DNA of 64,000 bases, from assembly GCF_964355755.1 (NCBI RefSeq), contig NC_092671.1, forward strand, positions 18,662,001-18,726,000. The letters are read 5' to 3'. Origin of the DNA: Antedon mediterranea. Its lineage: Eukaryota > Animalia > Echinodermata. A program made the position numbers and the translations under genes. Every line of letters begins with the position of its first letter. Within the stretch, counting starts at the first letter, position 1. A model generated the notes under the pieces. The model was not told the origin of the DNA and made no database searches. It saw only the letters and a program-made list of their open reading frames with translations. Below, piece by piece: positions 33,077 to 48,007 of the stretch.

Positions 33077-34914
33077 ATTAATATATATTGTAATTGTTAT
33101 CAATTTACGAAATCATGTGCACACTTTTCGTTTTCAAAATTAGCTCTAATGAAGTCTACAATTGATATTTTGGAATAATTATGATTGCCGAGTGATTGTT
33201 ATTATCATTAAAGCTACAGAGCGTGAACAAAAATACGGAACCGCGACGCACTCGTCGCTTTCAAAATGAGAATTGCGTGGTTGAACTGACGCTTGGGAGA
33301 ACACTAGACTCAAGAAATTGTTAATGTCTACCTTACCACTTACAACATAATATTTCAATGTAAATTACAGGACACGTGATTGCAAGCAATATTAGTAGTG
33401 ACAGAACTAATATTCGGAATAATTCACAGGCTTGTATTAGCATTCTTGTTATTAGGCAACTAGTGATGAACATAATTATTTCATATTTTATTTTATTTTA
33501 TTTCATCATCACCCTACAGTGACCAAACGTCACCATTAACAGGGTTGAAAGACATAAAATATAATATATAGTAGCCTACAAGCAAAAATCAACAAATAAC
33601 AAAACAACATTTAGATATTACTGACATTAGACAAAATCTTATGACGGGAACAAGCAAGTGAATAAAAAAAAATATCAACAGATCCATCAACTTGACATAG
33701 TGAGTGGTATAACTTAGGCAAACGATATGATAAAATAACACAAAATTAAAACCAAAAATCTAATAAAATATATTATTTTATATTTTGGTAATGCGATTTA
33801 TTTGACCAGTTTGTAGAATGATGTTAGGCAAAATGTCACAATATGTATGAACAGATCAACGTTTAAAAGTCGAGCATTATTATAGTATGGTAAGAAACCA
33901 ACTTTACCGAATGAACAATGTTGCTAAAAAACAATATAGCCTATCTTTCTAGGATTTTCAATTTAGGTGAAATGTGTGGGATTGCGAAACGGATAAAGAC
34001 CGGGTGGAAAAGAACAAGTTTCATTTAACAAGATCAACAGACTTATTTAAGATAAGATAATAATTTATTAGGCAAATATTAACATAGGACTTGCTGCAGC
34101 ATATTGCTTGTCTTTTTTCACTAATCTTTCTCCACCTACACATGTCACTTTATGATCAGAACATACAATGAGTTATGTGGCTGAGATTTTACACGTTATT
34201 CCCGATGGAGAGCAAGGAGGCCATACACATTGTATGCTTCAGATTTATGTTTTCACACTATAGTGTATACACTTACTATTTGAAAGATTTATGACTGTAG
34301 GTGGGGAATATGTTCTCGAAACAATTTCATGTACAATTCCAAATGGAGTATGTATCAAGCGTGGTTCCCATTAGTCAAAATGACGTGTGCTCAACGCAAT
34401 ACGCAAGTTAGTTGACCAATCACAGGTGACATTTGGATGATCCATCGCGTCATGATTGGTCAAATTAGTATTTAAATTATTATTACAATTATTTTTTATG
34501 AATATACTGTACAATTAGTAGCTTTTTTTCAACTGAAAACATTAACAAAAAATAATAATATGCACTAATAACTTACGCTAACATAAAACATGTTTGTTTA
34601 TCAACTTCACGTTTCCCATAAATTACCAAAGATGTCAAATCTTAAGAGGTATTTAAAATTTTAGCATAAGTGTCGTAATATATAGTGTCGTGTATATATA
34701 GGGCTAGTGTCGTAAAATTTAGCTGCCATAATTGGTATATTATATTGTTATTTCATCAACTTCAGCGTAACTAACCAATTTCATAACTTTCATTGTTATA
34801 TTAATCTCGAGTTTGCTATTAATTTATTATTATTTACAACATAATTGTCTTACCAATCTACACTCAATATCATAATTATCTGTAAATTCATCATCGTCAT
34901 AATAATATCCATAT

Positions 34915-36430
34915 TCTTTGCCACTGGACATCATTTTCATCGTCACCATTGGATCCCTGCTGTCACCAATGGACGTCTTCCTCGCTGTCACCATTGGACA
35001 TCTTCCTTGCTGTCACTAATGGACGTCTTCCTTGCTGCCACCACCATTGGACATCTTCTTCGCCGTCACCATTGGACATCTTCCTTGCTGTCACCATTGG
35101 ACATCTTCTTCTCCGTCACCATTGGACATCTCCCTTGCTGTCACTAATGGACGTCTTCCTCATCGTCACCATTGGACATCTTCCTTGCTGTCACAAATGG
35201 ACGTCTTCCTCATCGTCACCATTGGACACCTTCCTCGCCGTCACAAGATTGGACATTTTCCTCATCGTCACCATTGGATATCTTCCTCTCCGTCATCATT
35301 GGACATCTTCCTTGCTGTCACCATTGGACATCTTCCTTGCTGTCACCATTGGACATCTTCCTTGCTGTCACCATTAGACATCTTCCTCGCGGTCACCATT
35401 GAACATCTTCCTCGCCGTCAGCATTAAACATCTTCCTCGCCGTCACCATTGGACATCTTCCTCATCGTCATCATTGGGCAACTTCCTTGCTGTCACTAAT
35501 GGACGTCTTCCTTGCTGTCACCATTGGACATCTTCCTCGCCGTTACCAATGGACGTCTTCCTCGCCGTCACCATTGGACATATTTTTAGCCGTCATCATT
35601 GAATATCTTCCTTGCTGTCACCATTGGACATCTTCTTCTCTGTCACCATTGGACATGTTCCTTGCTGTCACCAATGGACGTCTCTCCATCGTCACCATTA
35701 GACATCTTCCTCGCCGTCATCATTGGCCATCTTCCTTGCTGTCACCATTGGACATCTTCCTCATCGTTACCATTGGATATCTTCCTTGTCGTCACCATTG
35801 GACATCTTCCTCGCCGTTACCATTGGACATCTTCCTCGCGGTCACCATTGAACATCTTTCTTGCCGTCAGCATTGGACATCTTCCTCGCCGTCACCATTG
35901 TACATCTTCCTCGCCGTCACCATTAGACATCTTCCTCGCCGTCACCATTGGACATCTTCCTTGCTGTCACCATTGGACATCTTCTTCTCTGTCACCATTG
36001 GACATGTTCCTTGCTGTCACCAATGGACGTCTCTCCATCGTCACCATTAGACATCTTCCTCGCCGTCATCATTGGCCATCTTCCTTGCTGTCACCATTGG
36101 ACATCTTCCTCGTCGTTACCATTGCATATCTTCCTTGTCGTCACCATTGGACATCTTCCTCGCCGTTACCATTGGACATCTTCCTTGCGGTCACCATTGA
36201 ACATCTTTCTCGCCGTCAGCATTGGACATCTTCCTCGCCGTCACCATTGGACATCTTCCTCGCCGTCACCATTAGACATCTTCCTCGCCGTCACCATTGG
36301 ACATCTTCCTCGCCGTCACCATTGGACATCTTCTTTGCCGTCACAATTGGACATCTTCCTCGCCGTCACCATTGGACATCTTTCTCACCGTCACCATTGG
36401 ACATCTTCTTTGCTGTCACCATTGGATAGC
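34915..36430 (+). repeat. 25-bp minisatellite, ~60 units, consensus GTCACCATTGGACATCTTCCT(C/T)GC(C/T)
   Basis: Directly visible head-to-tail units without spacers; a 349-bp higher-order duplication (e.g. 35642 vs 35991); decays into CAT/CAC-rich low complexity to ~36870. Confidence 0.95.
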
Positions 36431-37867
36431 TTCCTCACCTACACAGTTAGCCATCGGTCTTCTTCACTGTCATCATTAACCATCTTTTCTCACCATAGCC
36501 ATCTTCTTCACCGTCACCAACATAAATACCATCTTCATCGTCACCATCATGCCATCTTCCTCATCGTCACCATTAGCCATCTTCTTTACTGTTACCATCA
36601 TAGTCATCGTCTTCGCCCTCACCATTACCATATCATAGCTTTCATAGTAATCTCCATTACCCACATTATAATAAACATTCTTCTTTATCATCACCTCCTC
36701 ACCGTCACTTACAGTATCTTCCTCGCTTCGCCATCTTCTTTATCGTAATAGTCATCTCATTTACAGTCACTATTATTATAGCAATCTTCTTCATCCTCTT
36801 CTTCATTATCCCTACCATTTTCCTCACCATAACCATGATCATCATCACCCTCATCATCATAGTCAACAACTATTCAATATTCTATATTTAAATGATTTAA
36901 CAGGCACAACATAACATGTGTACTGTTACTTATAGTTATAGTACATAATAAATATCAAACCTAAAATATTTAAAGTAATGTCCTAATTTTATCTCAAAAT
37001 ACGAGTTTAGCATTCTGCACATGAATGATTGGTTTAGCTACAGGGTACGATTCATGTGCTTCTCGTATACAGGGTCATTACTCTAAGTTAGCCCCTTGAC
37101 AAACAACTAATCATTATCCTCTAAGCTGTTCAAAAATTCTACGCTTTTAGTACGACGGATCGTACTAGAAGAATAATACTATCTTGTGTGGCAATGTATC
37201 ATAGATGATTACTTCTGCCGCCGATCAACGACTAGTGCAGAATTCAATCAATTACAGTCATTGTTGAAACTTCTATTTTGCTGCATGTAACTTAGTATTC
37301 AAATTCAATTCTATACATTAGTGACGTAAGTTCAATTAATCAATATGTTATATTTGTGTAGCTTTTTAATACAATATAATGCAAAAAAAATAGTGATGAT
37401 GAATGGAAGCAAGAATCTGTCATGAATTTTAAAACTATTAAAGATATGATATAATGTAAAGTAACAAACAAGCAAATGTACAGTAATATTAGAGAAAACA
37501 ACTGACTTTGAATGAACATGTAATGTAAAACATAGATGCACAATACATTTTAATGGGTGAATATTTTGATATAAATAAATGTTTAACAGAATGATACAAA
37601 CTATTTCAACCACCAGAAACAGTCGTTTCTCGGTACTTTCTCTAAATTTGTCATGGGCACATTCCATAACATCTCATGTCTCATGTGTCATTGATACAGG
37701 CACAACAATTTATTCCGAAAATTGTCACAATCGGCAAATTGAATGACAATTTATAATTTGTCAACAGAAGTTTGTACATTCTAATAATTATACTGAATAC
37801 TGAACGTTTAAAACGTTTCCTATACAAGAAACAAATTGAATAAGTCATGCTTTTTAACTTTTGGACA

Positions 37868-39308
37868 TCTATATATAAATTTACGTAAGGGCAAAATTCG
37901 GTAAATCGCGCGTTATTTCTAGAATGTTTACTCGATGGTATATAAAGTTGGTTAGAATCTAGGTACTGATTTTAACCACCTGATGTAACCCTGTTTACTA
38001 ATTAAATTGAGTTAGATAATTAGTTATTGACAATTAAAACGAATTTAGGTTCAACGATTTGCCCCAAATAGGGGTGTTTTTCGATCGTGGTATACACTGT
38101 CTAATGGATGTCCGTCTTGAAAAATACCCGCAGACAATAATACGAGGATGCTTCGCATTTTCCTATCTCCTCCTACGATAATTGTTTTTAATGGCTGGAA
38201 ACCGGTTGAACAGCTCGAGTACAGCATCATAATGTTGAAGACAGGCCGATTTTCTTTAAAAAATAATATTTTGATAGATTTAATATACGTTTATACAAAT
38301 GTATTGATTTGCGATGAATGGAATATTCCAATCTCTGTTCCACAAGTGTCTATTCCTTCAGGCGTCGTAAAGGCAAGTACTGTATACTCATAACAGAAAT
38401 TCGATCCATTTTTTTTTTCAATCTGTGCGGTAGAGGTTGGATATAATTTTTTTTTTAACGGATAATGAGCTAGCATTTTCAGTCGCCGTATATTATGTAC
38501 AAATCTTTATTATTGCAGTTAAACCACCCACATCATCACCCTTCCCTCACTGGCATGAGTAGCGTTGTTAAGCCAGTAGAGGATAGGCCAACGGTGCATC
38601 ACATGCCCTAAACGCAGAACAACTTTGGTGGGTAGGGTAGGAACCAACTTAAGTATGAATTGGCTCTAAGAAACAATTGAAAACCATTAGGCCTACTATT
38701 TAAGTTGAGTTAGATAATTTAATATTTATTGACGATTAAATCGAATTTATGATTTTCCCCGAATAGAGGTGGTTTTCACAAATTGTTTTACATTATATAA
38801 ACATACACGTCGTAGTGATGTATCGTTACATGTACTGTACTATTTCAATCGACTAGGACGGTGATAGTTTCAACAAAGTATTACATCGCAATGTTTTACT
38901 GTGTTTAGTGGTATATTATTTGTAAAACATGAAAACAATTAATATTTCGTTACTAAATGGACAAAGAATATATTTAAAAAGTGTTCCTCTTTGCACCCAT
39001 CCTCTTCCCCATCCCCTTCCCCATCCCTCAGCCCTAATGTTACATACAAAACACAAATTAAGTTTGTTTAAATTTGACTTAAACAATTGGTCTCATTTTC
39101 TCAAGTTTCTCTTTCGGAAGTAATTCCCAGGGTGCTAATTTTAGTTGAGTACATAAATCACAGTGTCTATTTATTCGTTCCTGTAAACGACATGTATTAT
39201 TGTCCTGCGGTACGTACATTTGAAATCGCCAGTTTTTTAACGCTGAAATTATTATGTATTCGAGAACCATCTGTGGGCATGACCTAGATGGTACGCGAGC
39301 GAAGCGAG
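37868..39308 (+). mobile_element. Non-autonomous Helitron copy A (3' terminus truncated)
   Basis: A|TCTATATATAAATTTACG 5' end; near-identical to copy C; stops inside the terminal hairpin (..GCGAGCGAAGCGAG) and has no CTAG. Confidence 0.8.
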
Positions 39309-39518
39309 TTGTTATCAATTATGCATATGCCATAATGGCTTTGATAATTATCGTAACATATTTCACTAAAAAATTAACAAGCTTCGACTTAGATTTGATT
39401 GGCTGAATCTTCGGTAACTGTTGTGAGTCGCTGATTGGCTGACGTGGCAATGTCCTTCCACTTCCGTATTTTGAACTACCTGTACAGCGACCGTTGCTGC
39501 ATCAAATCCATTATGATA

Positions 39519-40899
39519 TCTATATATAAATTTACGTAAGGGCAAAATTCGGTAAATCGCGCCTTACTTTTAGAATTTGTACTCGATGGTATATAAAGTT
39601 GGTTCGTACTTTCGGTATTGATTTTATCCACCTGATGTAACCCTGTTTACTAATTAAATTAAGTTAGATAATTAGTTATTGACAATTAAAACGAATTTAG
39701 GTTCAACGATTTGCCCCAAATAGGGGTGTTTTCCGATCGTGGTATACACTGTCTAATGGATGTCCATCTTGAAAAATACCCGCCACAAAAATGCGAGGAG
39801 GCTTCGCATTTTCCTATCTCCTCCTACGATAATTGTTTTTAATGGCTGAAAATCGGTTGAACAGCTAGAGTACAGCATCATAATGTTGCTATAAAAAATA
39901 CTATTTTGATAGATTTAATATACGTTTATACAAATGTATTGATTTGCGATGAATGGAACATCCCAATCTCTCAGTCTGCCAGAGTTTGGTTTAACACAAG
40001 TAGGTAAATTTATGAGCCCTTGGTTTAACACATGCGGTAGGTAAATATATGGGCCCTTTAAGAATAAACTTGCAATACTTTGACAATACTGTAAATACCT
40101 ATTAACTATTGTTGGTCCTCATTTGAATCGAACATTCGGGCTAACATTTCTTTCTGTGAATGTTCGTACTGTTAGATTTAATATAAAAATATATACAAAT
40201 AAACTTTATTACTGAAATTGTGGATAGGCTCTACTGTTAGATATATAAACACATTATTATATACAAATAAACTTTATACTGACAGATGTAATATAAAAAT
40301 ATATACAAATAAACTTTATTACTGAGATTGTGGTTAGGCTCTACTGTTAGATATATAAACACATTAATTACCAATAATATAAACGTCGTAGTGGTGTATC
40401 GTTACATGTACTTTAATATTTCAATCGATTATGACAGTGACAGTTTTAACAAAGTATTAAATCGCAAATGTTTTACTGTATTTAGAGGTATATTATTTAT
40501 AGGCCTATAAAACATGAACAAAATATTTTGTTACTGAGTGGATAAAGAATATATTTAAAAATTGTTCCTCTTTGTACCTATCCGCTTTCCCATCCCTCAA
40601 CCCTAATGTTACATACAAAACACAAAGTGGGTTTCTTTAAGTGAGTCCAAATCAAAAAATTGGACTCATTTTGTGATAAGTTTCTCCTTCGGAAGTAATT
40701 CCCAGGGTGCTAATTTTAGTTGACTACATAAATCATCGTGTCTATTTATTCGTTTCTGTAAACGACAATGTATTGTAGTCCTGTGGTACGTACATTTAGT
40801 GAAATCGCCAGTTTTGTTACGCTGAAATTACTGTGTATTCGAGAACCATCTGTGGGCACGACCGAGATGGTACGCGAGCGAAGCGAGCGTACCATCTAG
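39519..40899 (+). mobile_element. Non-autonomous Helitron copy B (different middle segment)
   Basis: A|TC start; 3' hairpin AGATGGTACGC..GCGTACCATCT; CTAG|T end; no TSD. The segment ~39970-40380 is not shared with A or C. Confidence 0.88.
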
Positions 40900-41136
40900 T
40901 TCTAATAATAATTATAAAAAGTCGATTATATTTTAGTATTCGCTGTCTTTTACAAACATGTTAATTTTATGAAAATGAAATCGCTTTTAGTAATTATTGA
41001 TAGTTTGTAAGACGAGTTTCTCGATGAGTCTTGCTCTCAAGGAACTACTGTAATACTTGTTAGCGACTGCACACCGTTGCCTTTATAACCATTATTGTAA
41101 ATATGGCTTAGATCTCTAATTTATATCAAACGTGAA

Positions 41137-42581
41137 TCTATATATAAATTTACGTAAGGGCAAAATTCGGTAAATCTTGGTTTATTTCTAGAATTTCTAC
41201 TCGATGGTATATAAAGTTGGTTCATACTTTCGGTACTGATTTTAACCATCTGATGTAACCCTGTTTACTAATTAAATTGAGTTAGGTAATTAGTTATTGA
41301 CGATTAAAACGAATTTAGGTTCAACGATTTGCCCCAAATAGGGGTGTTTTCCGATCGTGGTATACACTGTCTAATGGATGTCCATCTTGAAAAATACCCG
41401 CCACAAAAATACGAGGAGGCTTCGCATTTTTCTATCTCCTCCTACGATAATTGTTTTTAATAGCTGAAAACTGGTTGAGCAGCTAGAGTACAGCATCATA
41501 ATGTTGAAGACAGGCCGATTTTCTTAAAAAAATACTATTTTGATAGATTTAATATACGATTATACAAATGTATTGATTTGCGATGAATGGAACATTCCAA
41601 TCTCTGTTTCACAAGTGTCTATTCCCTCAGGCGTCGTAAAGGCAAGTACAGTACTGTATACTCGAAATTCGATCCATTTTTGTTTTCAATCTGTGCTGCA
41701 GAGGTTGGATATCATTTTTTTTAAACGGATAATGAGCTAGCGTTTTCACTCGCCGTATATTATGTACAAATCTTTATTATTGCAGTTAAACCACCCACAT
41801 CATCACCTTTCCCTCACTGGCATGAGTAGCGTTGTAAAACCAGTAGAGAATAGGCCTACGGTACATCACATGCCATAAACGCAGAACAACTTTGGTGGGT
41901 AGGGTAGGAACCAACTTAAGTATGAATTGGCTCTAAGAAACAATTGAAAACCATTAGGCCTACTAATTAAGTTGAGTTAGATAATTTAATATTTATTGAC
42001 GATTAAATCGAATTTATGATTTTCCCCGAATAGAGGTGGTTTTCACAAATTGTTTTACATTATAATTATTATAAACATATACACGTCGTAGTGATGTATC
42101 GTTACATGTGCTGTACTATTTCAATCGACTAGGACGGTGATAGTTTCAACAAAGTATTACATCGCAATGTTTTACTGTGTTTAGTGGTATATTATTTGTA
42201 AAACATGAAAGCAATTAATATTTCGTTACTAAATGGATAAAGAATATATTTTAACATTGTTCCTCTTTGCACCCATCCTCTTCCCCATCCCTCAACCCTA
42301 ATGTTACATACAAAACACAAATTAAGTTTGTTTAAATTTGACTTAAACAATTGGTCTTATTTGTGACAAGTTTCTCTTTCGGAAGTAATAGGGTGCTGAT
42401 TTTAGTTGAGTACATAAATCACAGTGTCTATTTATTCGTTCCTGTACACGACATGTATTATTGTCCTGCGGTACGTACATTTGAAATCGCCAGTTTTTTA
42501 ACGCTGAAATTATTATGTATTCGAGAACCATCTGTGGGCACGACCTAGATGGTACGCGAGCGAAGCGAGCGTACCATCTAG
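41137..42581 (+). mobile_element. Non-autonomous Helitron copy C (both termini intact)
   Basis: A|TC...CTAGATGGTACGC-GAGCGAAGCGA-GCGTACCATCTAG|T; inserted between A and T. Confidence 0.9.
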
Positions 42582-45500
42582 TTATATAAAGTGACAAATT
42601 CATGTGACACTCACGTTTCTAAGGACATAAATAATTATATCTCTTTATCTTCAGTATTTCTCTTTCCTTGACGGCACTCAGTTTTACCATTTTGTATCAT
42701 AATCTTCCTCTGGCGGAAATTAGAATATCAATTAACCTGATGCATTACCGCTGTTCGCTTTTTGCAAACAATATTAAAATTGATGAGTGTGTTAGCACCC
42801 AATGAGATCAGTATCAGCTTATCTCAGTCTCAAAGTACATCGAATGAAAAGGCTAATAATAAATGTACATCCTCGAACATTTATTATTTATTACAGAAAT
42901 ATGTATAATAATATATAATTAGTAATATCAACAATGTATATCTAGCAGGTGTTTTCAGAAATGAGAGTGGCGAAAGATTAGGTATCTATTTCATAATCAA
43001 ATATATGTGGCAATCACATGGTATGTGATTGATCAGTGCTGCCATGTTCGATGTAGAACCGTTATGGTATTAATTAACGTTTTAAAAACACAATTTGGCC
43101 CCAAAGGAAACTTTCTAGAAACTGTGACTGTGGGCTTTTGTTTAACATAAAATAAATACATACAAACGTAACAAAGCACAATCAGATAAAAAGTACCAAA
43201 GACAAAACGGAACCCCTCATGAAGCACAAAATGGCTTGCTACAAGACCAATACTTAATCATATAAAAATCAACAGCAGAAGTAATAATCAAAAGTACCTA
43301 ATAAAGAAAAATATCGATATTTAAAGAAATCGATTGATTTTGAATCTGTAATTACCGGGTCAATATTGTTCGATAGGCTAGTACTGTACATTTGAAAGAT
43401 CTAATTGATCGGCCTTATTTCTGCTACAATACTGGTGATGTAGGCCTATATTTCCATAATTTCCATCCATATCGGAATATCATAAGCCAAATTCTAAAAG
43501 CTGATTGCAATAGTGATGATAATAGCACTGCAGGTACTGTTTTGTATACGGTGCGTAACGTATGAAGTAATTAGTTATAAGAATGACAAAATCATCCTTT
43601 CCAATTACTGTTAACTTTCACCTAAACATGTAAAGGTAAATATAATCATGTAGATTAATTAGCATTGTTTGTAAAATGATTGTTGATTGGTTGTTTGCTA
43701 GCTGATACATACGTAGTATATTTCAACGTATTAAGATCACAACATAAAACCGTATTTCATATTTTGTCAATGTAGGCGTAGGCCTACTGATTTTTATTTT
43801 TAGTTAGGGTTCTGGATAAAGGTAACATTATGGTATAAAACAAAATACATCATCAATACTATAAAGGTATATCTAAATCCATCAATTAGGCCAAACATCT
43901 TTGGCCACATAAGATTGCTATACCTTATACCTTAGCAATAACAAAATTATTGTTATGGCTCACTTACTCAACCCTTCATAACTGGTCCTCATGGAGTACT
44001 TATTACGTAATAATACGCGAGTGACATTCGAGAACCCAAATTATGTAGTAATTCAGTCCCTGTATTATTATTCTATGTAAATATTTTTTAAGAACCAATA
44101 TAATTTTCAGTTAGCCTTTATATTCACTATTCTATTTTAATTAACATAATATAAAACTTCCTCTAAATTAGGAGAGGAAAATCATGATATTTCATAATTA
44201 TATAACATAATTCCTGATTATCAAATAAAGATAGACACTTTATGAATTCCCTTTCATATTTGGAGTAAGTTTTATTCTATCTTATTTAAACATTATATTC
44301 CTTTTTGTTTTGTTTTCTAATTCATGTCTTGTAAAGAAAAAGTGCAAGGAATAATTTTCAAGTGGTGTGATGTAACATCGTGTTGGAACTATTGACAATT
44401 AAATCATGACCTAATTATAGCAACTCTTGACATGGAGTTGGAAATTACCTTAAGCTATGTGGATCTTAACAAGATAGGCCGTTTAGCATGTGACAGAAAA
44501 CTGTTCGGCAATTACAAAATTATATTTAGGCCTAGGCCTACAGACATTAAACAGTGTTAGTGTGATGTATCAATTATTGCATTCTGTTTGGTTGGTAAAA
44601 TACAGTACCATGTATTATGTCACACTAAACTTATCGGTAATTACGGAGGTCTGGTAATGCGGGAATACGTCTACAAACAAATTTTGCTTGATTTAGATTT
44701 TAATTTTTTTTTTTTTAAATCCCAATACCAAAGGGCCTATTTATTTGGACGTGTGGTGTACCAATTAATGCAAAGCACTCATTACTTATGCTCACACGCA
44801 GATTGCTGTCTATTTGGCGAAATACGATGCTGTAATCTGATTATTGATGTTTATATTAATATGCAATATTGCCAAGATTTGTTTCTGACATCGATCGAAA
44901 CAAACAGGTAAAAAGGAAAGTATTTTACTCGAATGTAAAGGTGAAATGTATTTACACAAACAGGTATTATTACTTGAAGTAATCTGAATTTATTATGAGA
45001 TTAAACATTCGCTCCTTCTACATCTTTAAACTGATTTACGATTACGATTTATTGTAGCAACAATGCAGTATCATAAAATAATTACGAAACAGCAATGAAT
45101 AATTTCAAATAAATAAACTGACATGGATTTCAGTGTGTACCATGGGGGGTATTAGTATTTATTTAAACAACATATATGTACATCATAAGAATGGAACTCA
45201 AAATAAATTTATAATAATCGATGAAATAATAACAAGAAAAACAATAACTGTAATAGCATCAATAAACACAAAAAAAATAATGATAAAAGGGACGATATTA
45301 TAGTGAAATATGAAATAAATATATTATAATATCCGATAGAGATAAGTAATTAAACTGTTTTATTTAGGCCTATAGTACGGTAGGTTCGGTTCACTTGGAG
45401 CATGAACCCCCATCCAGGAACTGGAGACACCCGTCTAGGGAAATGGGAGCACCTAAATGGAACATAGGTGCCTCCTTCATATTATGTTCTATGACCGATA

Positions 45501-46373
45501 CATGGTCTTAATTTAACAGTTGCGGATCCAGGGTTTGAATAGGGACCAACAATGTAAAATATGAAATACTGAACCCTAATGTTCTATTTTTTAAATTGTA
45601 TTTTTCATGTTGTATTCACAATTACACTGACACTGAACAATATTTACAAAAACCGAAGTCCATAGAACACCCACACACTTTAGAAACACAATACAGCGGT
45701 AAACAATAGGCAGGTTCAAATACTTCCAGACACTTAAGGATCTCTGTTTTGTTATTTTGAGGGATCAATTGTAAAAACCTAAAAACACGGTCAAATGAAT
45801 TGGTTTCAACACAAAAGAATAGCATGGATAGTACGTAACAAGTTTGTATACGTTTATGAACGTGATATCATTAGGGTACAGAAACTCACCTCTAATTTGA
45901 TTCGGTCCTACCGTATTATTCCTCTCTGAATGACCTACAGAAGAGGTGCGCCCGCACCCTTCAAGGTTTCAACAATGACTCGGTTCCAAGTCCTTTAAAT
46001 TACTCCAACAAAACAGTACAGCAGTGCCGTTCAAAAAGCCAACAAGAAGTTTAATCTGACAGGCGGACAAACGCAGCTATCGATTCTACCATATGGTTTT
46101 AACACGTTTGGTTTGTCTCAACTGATTTTACTGCTGCAGCAGTAACGCACTACTCGTCAGCTCTCGTTGTTTGTCATAGAGCATGAAATATGCCAAATCG
46201 TTTTCTGATCGCTGATCAGCCATTCATTGTCATGTTAATCTTCGATACACATCGATAACCCAATTGTCAAATTTCTTTTACATAGTAAACGTCCCGTAAG
46301 TATGAATGGCCGTATTCTTGCAATGAAATGTTTTGATAATTATTTTTATCTTATAAGTTTAATATTTATATTA

Positions 46374-46515
46374 CAGTAGAACTCCTCAATCAGATTGACC
46401 GTTAATTATCAAGGTGAAATATTGTACACTACGGCCAACCTCTATTCAAGAGACACCACTATTGGGACACTTTTGGTTGGATCCTGAAGGTGTCCTCTTA
46501 ATAGTGGGTCTATTG
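46374..46515. mobile_element. Small TA-flanked MITE (Tc1/mariner-like), degenerate
   Basis: TA|CAGTAGAAC..GGACAC..GTGTCC..GTCTATTG|TA; related remnants near 2285-2432 and 48270-48398. Confidence 0.4.
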
Positions 46516-46539
46516 TACAGTATTATTTAATATCGATTA

Positions 46540-46930
46540 TTTTATTTTATTTTATTAATTTTAGCAATTAAAACAATACATAGACTTTGAGTGTGCCAAG
46601 GAGTGGCAAAAGAGGTCGAAGGACCACTGTCGCCATAAGGCGTGCCACACCAGCACTCAAAGCATACAATAAAACATAAAACAATGTAAATAAGTAATAT
46701 AAATACTATGATTATATACATTAAAGAGGCATAGTGTTTTTAAAGTGGTCCATTAACATGTTTTTAAATTGTACCCAATTTCCGCAAACAAAGGCGTCTG
46801 TAATATTGACCGGTAGTGTATTCCACAGACGAATAAATCTGGTTGGGATACAATACTTTCCACTATCAGTTTTGGATGCAAGATGTTTAAAAGTCAGAAC
46901 ATCCAAATGCCTACAATTGATAATCAACAT
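46540..46930 (-). mobile_element. 3' end of a CR1-like LINE (ORF2 C-terminus, 3' UTR, A-rich tail)
   Basis: ..GKYCIPTRFIRLWNTLPVNI..VQFKNML..* followed by a structured 3' UTR and an (AATAA)n tail. Confidence 0.55.
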
Positions 46931-48007
46931 ATTTAAAATAAAACTATTCGATTATTAATATTATTATGATATAAATTTATTTGTAATATTATACAATAAA
47001 GTAAATAGTAGGCATAAATTAATAAGTATAAGGTTAGCAATATAGGACAATAGTAGGCCTTTACTAAAAAGAATTATAATATAAATATAAATACAAACAT
47101 TAATTTATTGTGGTATCTAAAACATTTTTCCTTAGCCAATACAGCATTATAATCAATCGGTGGATGTTGGACAAAACGTCATTTCACCGATAGGCTATAA
47201 TGTACGGCATGGTTGTATATTTCTTTAGCTACTATGAATGACGCTTTAGTTCACTATTACATTATACAAATCTATGTGTGTGTTGAAAAAAAAACGATTT
47301 AATTTTAAAATACACACAATTTCACTTCGTCTGTATTTTAAATTAATTTTCCCCCGTTAAAATAGTAGCATCAGTAATGAAGTCCGATTTAGATATAAAA
47401 TGCATTTGGATAATATAAGAGTTCCCAGAAGAGATTCTAGATTCAGAATGGCGAATGATTTAATCGTAGATAATGGTCGTTGGAATTTTATTGACATTAC
47501 CTTTCTCTCTACTGCTTCAGTTAGTCAATAAAAAGCTCGCTCTCAAATTGATTTCATCTTGAATTCGATGTGGCATAATTCCACCCTATGGATTATTTCG
47601 TATATAAAGTAGTAGTACCTCGGGGATTTTTGTTAGTGCTTATCATAGCAATTTTAATGTATGCTTTTCAATTATCTTTTATATCTTAAATATGTATAAA
47701 AAAGTTTTACTTTTTTAATTACTTCAAGTCAATAAAAATTATTACCATTCCAAATAAGTACGGTACAACATCTGAAGTGACACGCTGTCGAAACAGAGTC
47801 ATTTGAATTATAGTTATTTTTAATTATTTTTTAAAAATTAATAATTATGAAACACTAATGTTTTCACAAGATATAAAAATATAATTAATGTTTAAATCTT
47901 TGTCAATGCTTTAAAATTATTGACTGTACCGTAAATCGTTCAGATTAATGACGATGAAACGAAGAATATAGGCGGCGTAATCAAACTTTTAAAAATAGAA
48001 ACTTTTA

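Noticed and set aside
34845-36748. Overlapping His/Ser-rich ORFs of up to 276 aa, and a CRISPR-like look
   Set aside because: They are translations of a 25-bp tandem repeat cycling through all three frames. Units are contiguous with no unique spacers, there are no cas genes, and the DNA is eukaryotic.
38148-42603. Repeated short ORFs in the Helitron copies
   Set aside because: No Rep (HUH) or helicase motifs; the ORFs are not preserved in all copies and simply reflect the repeat.
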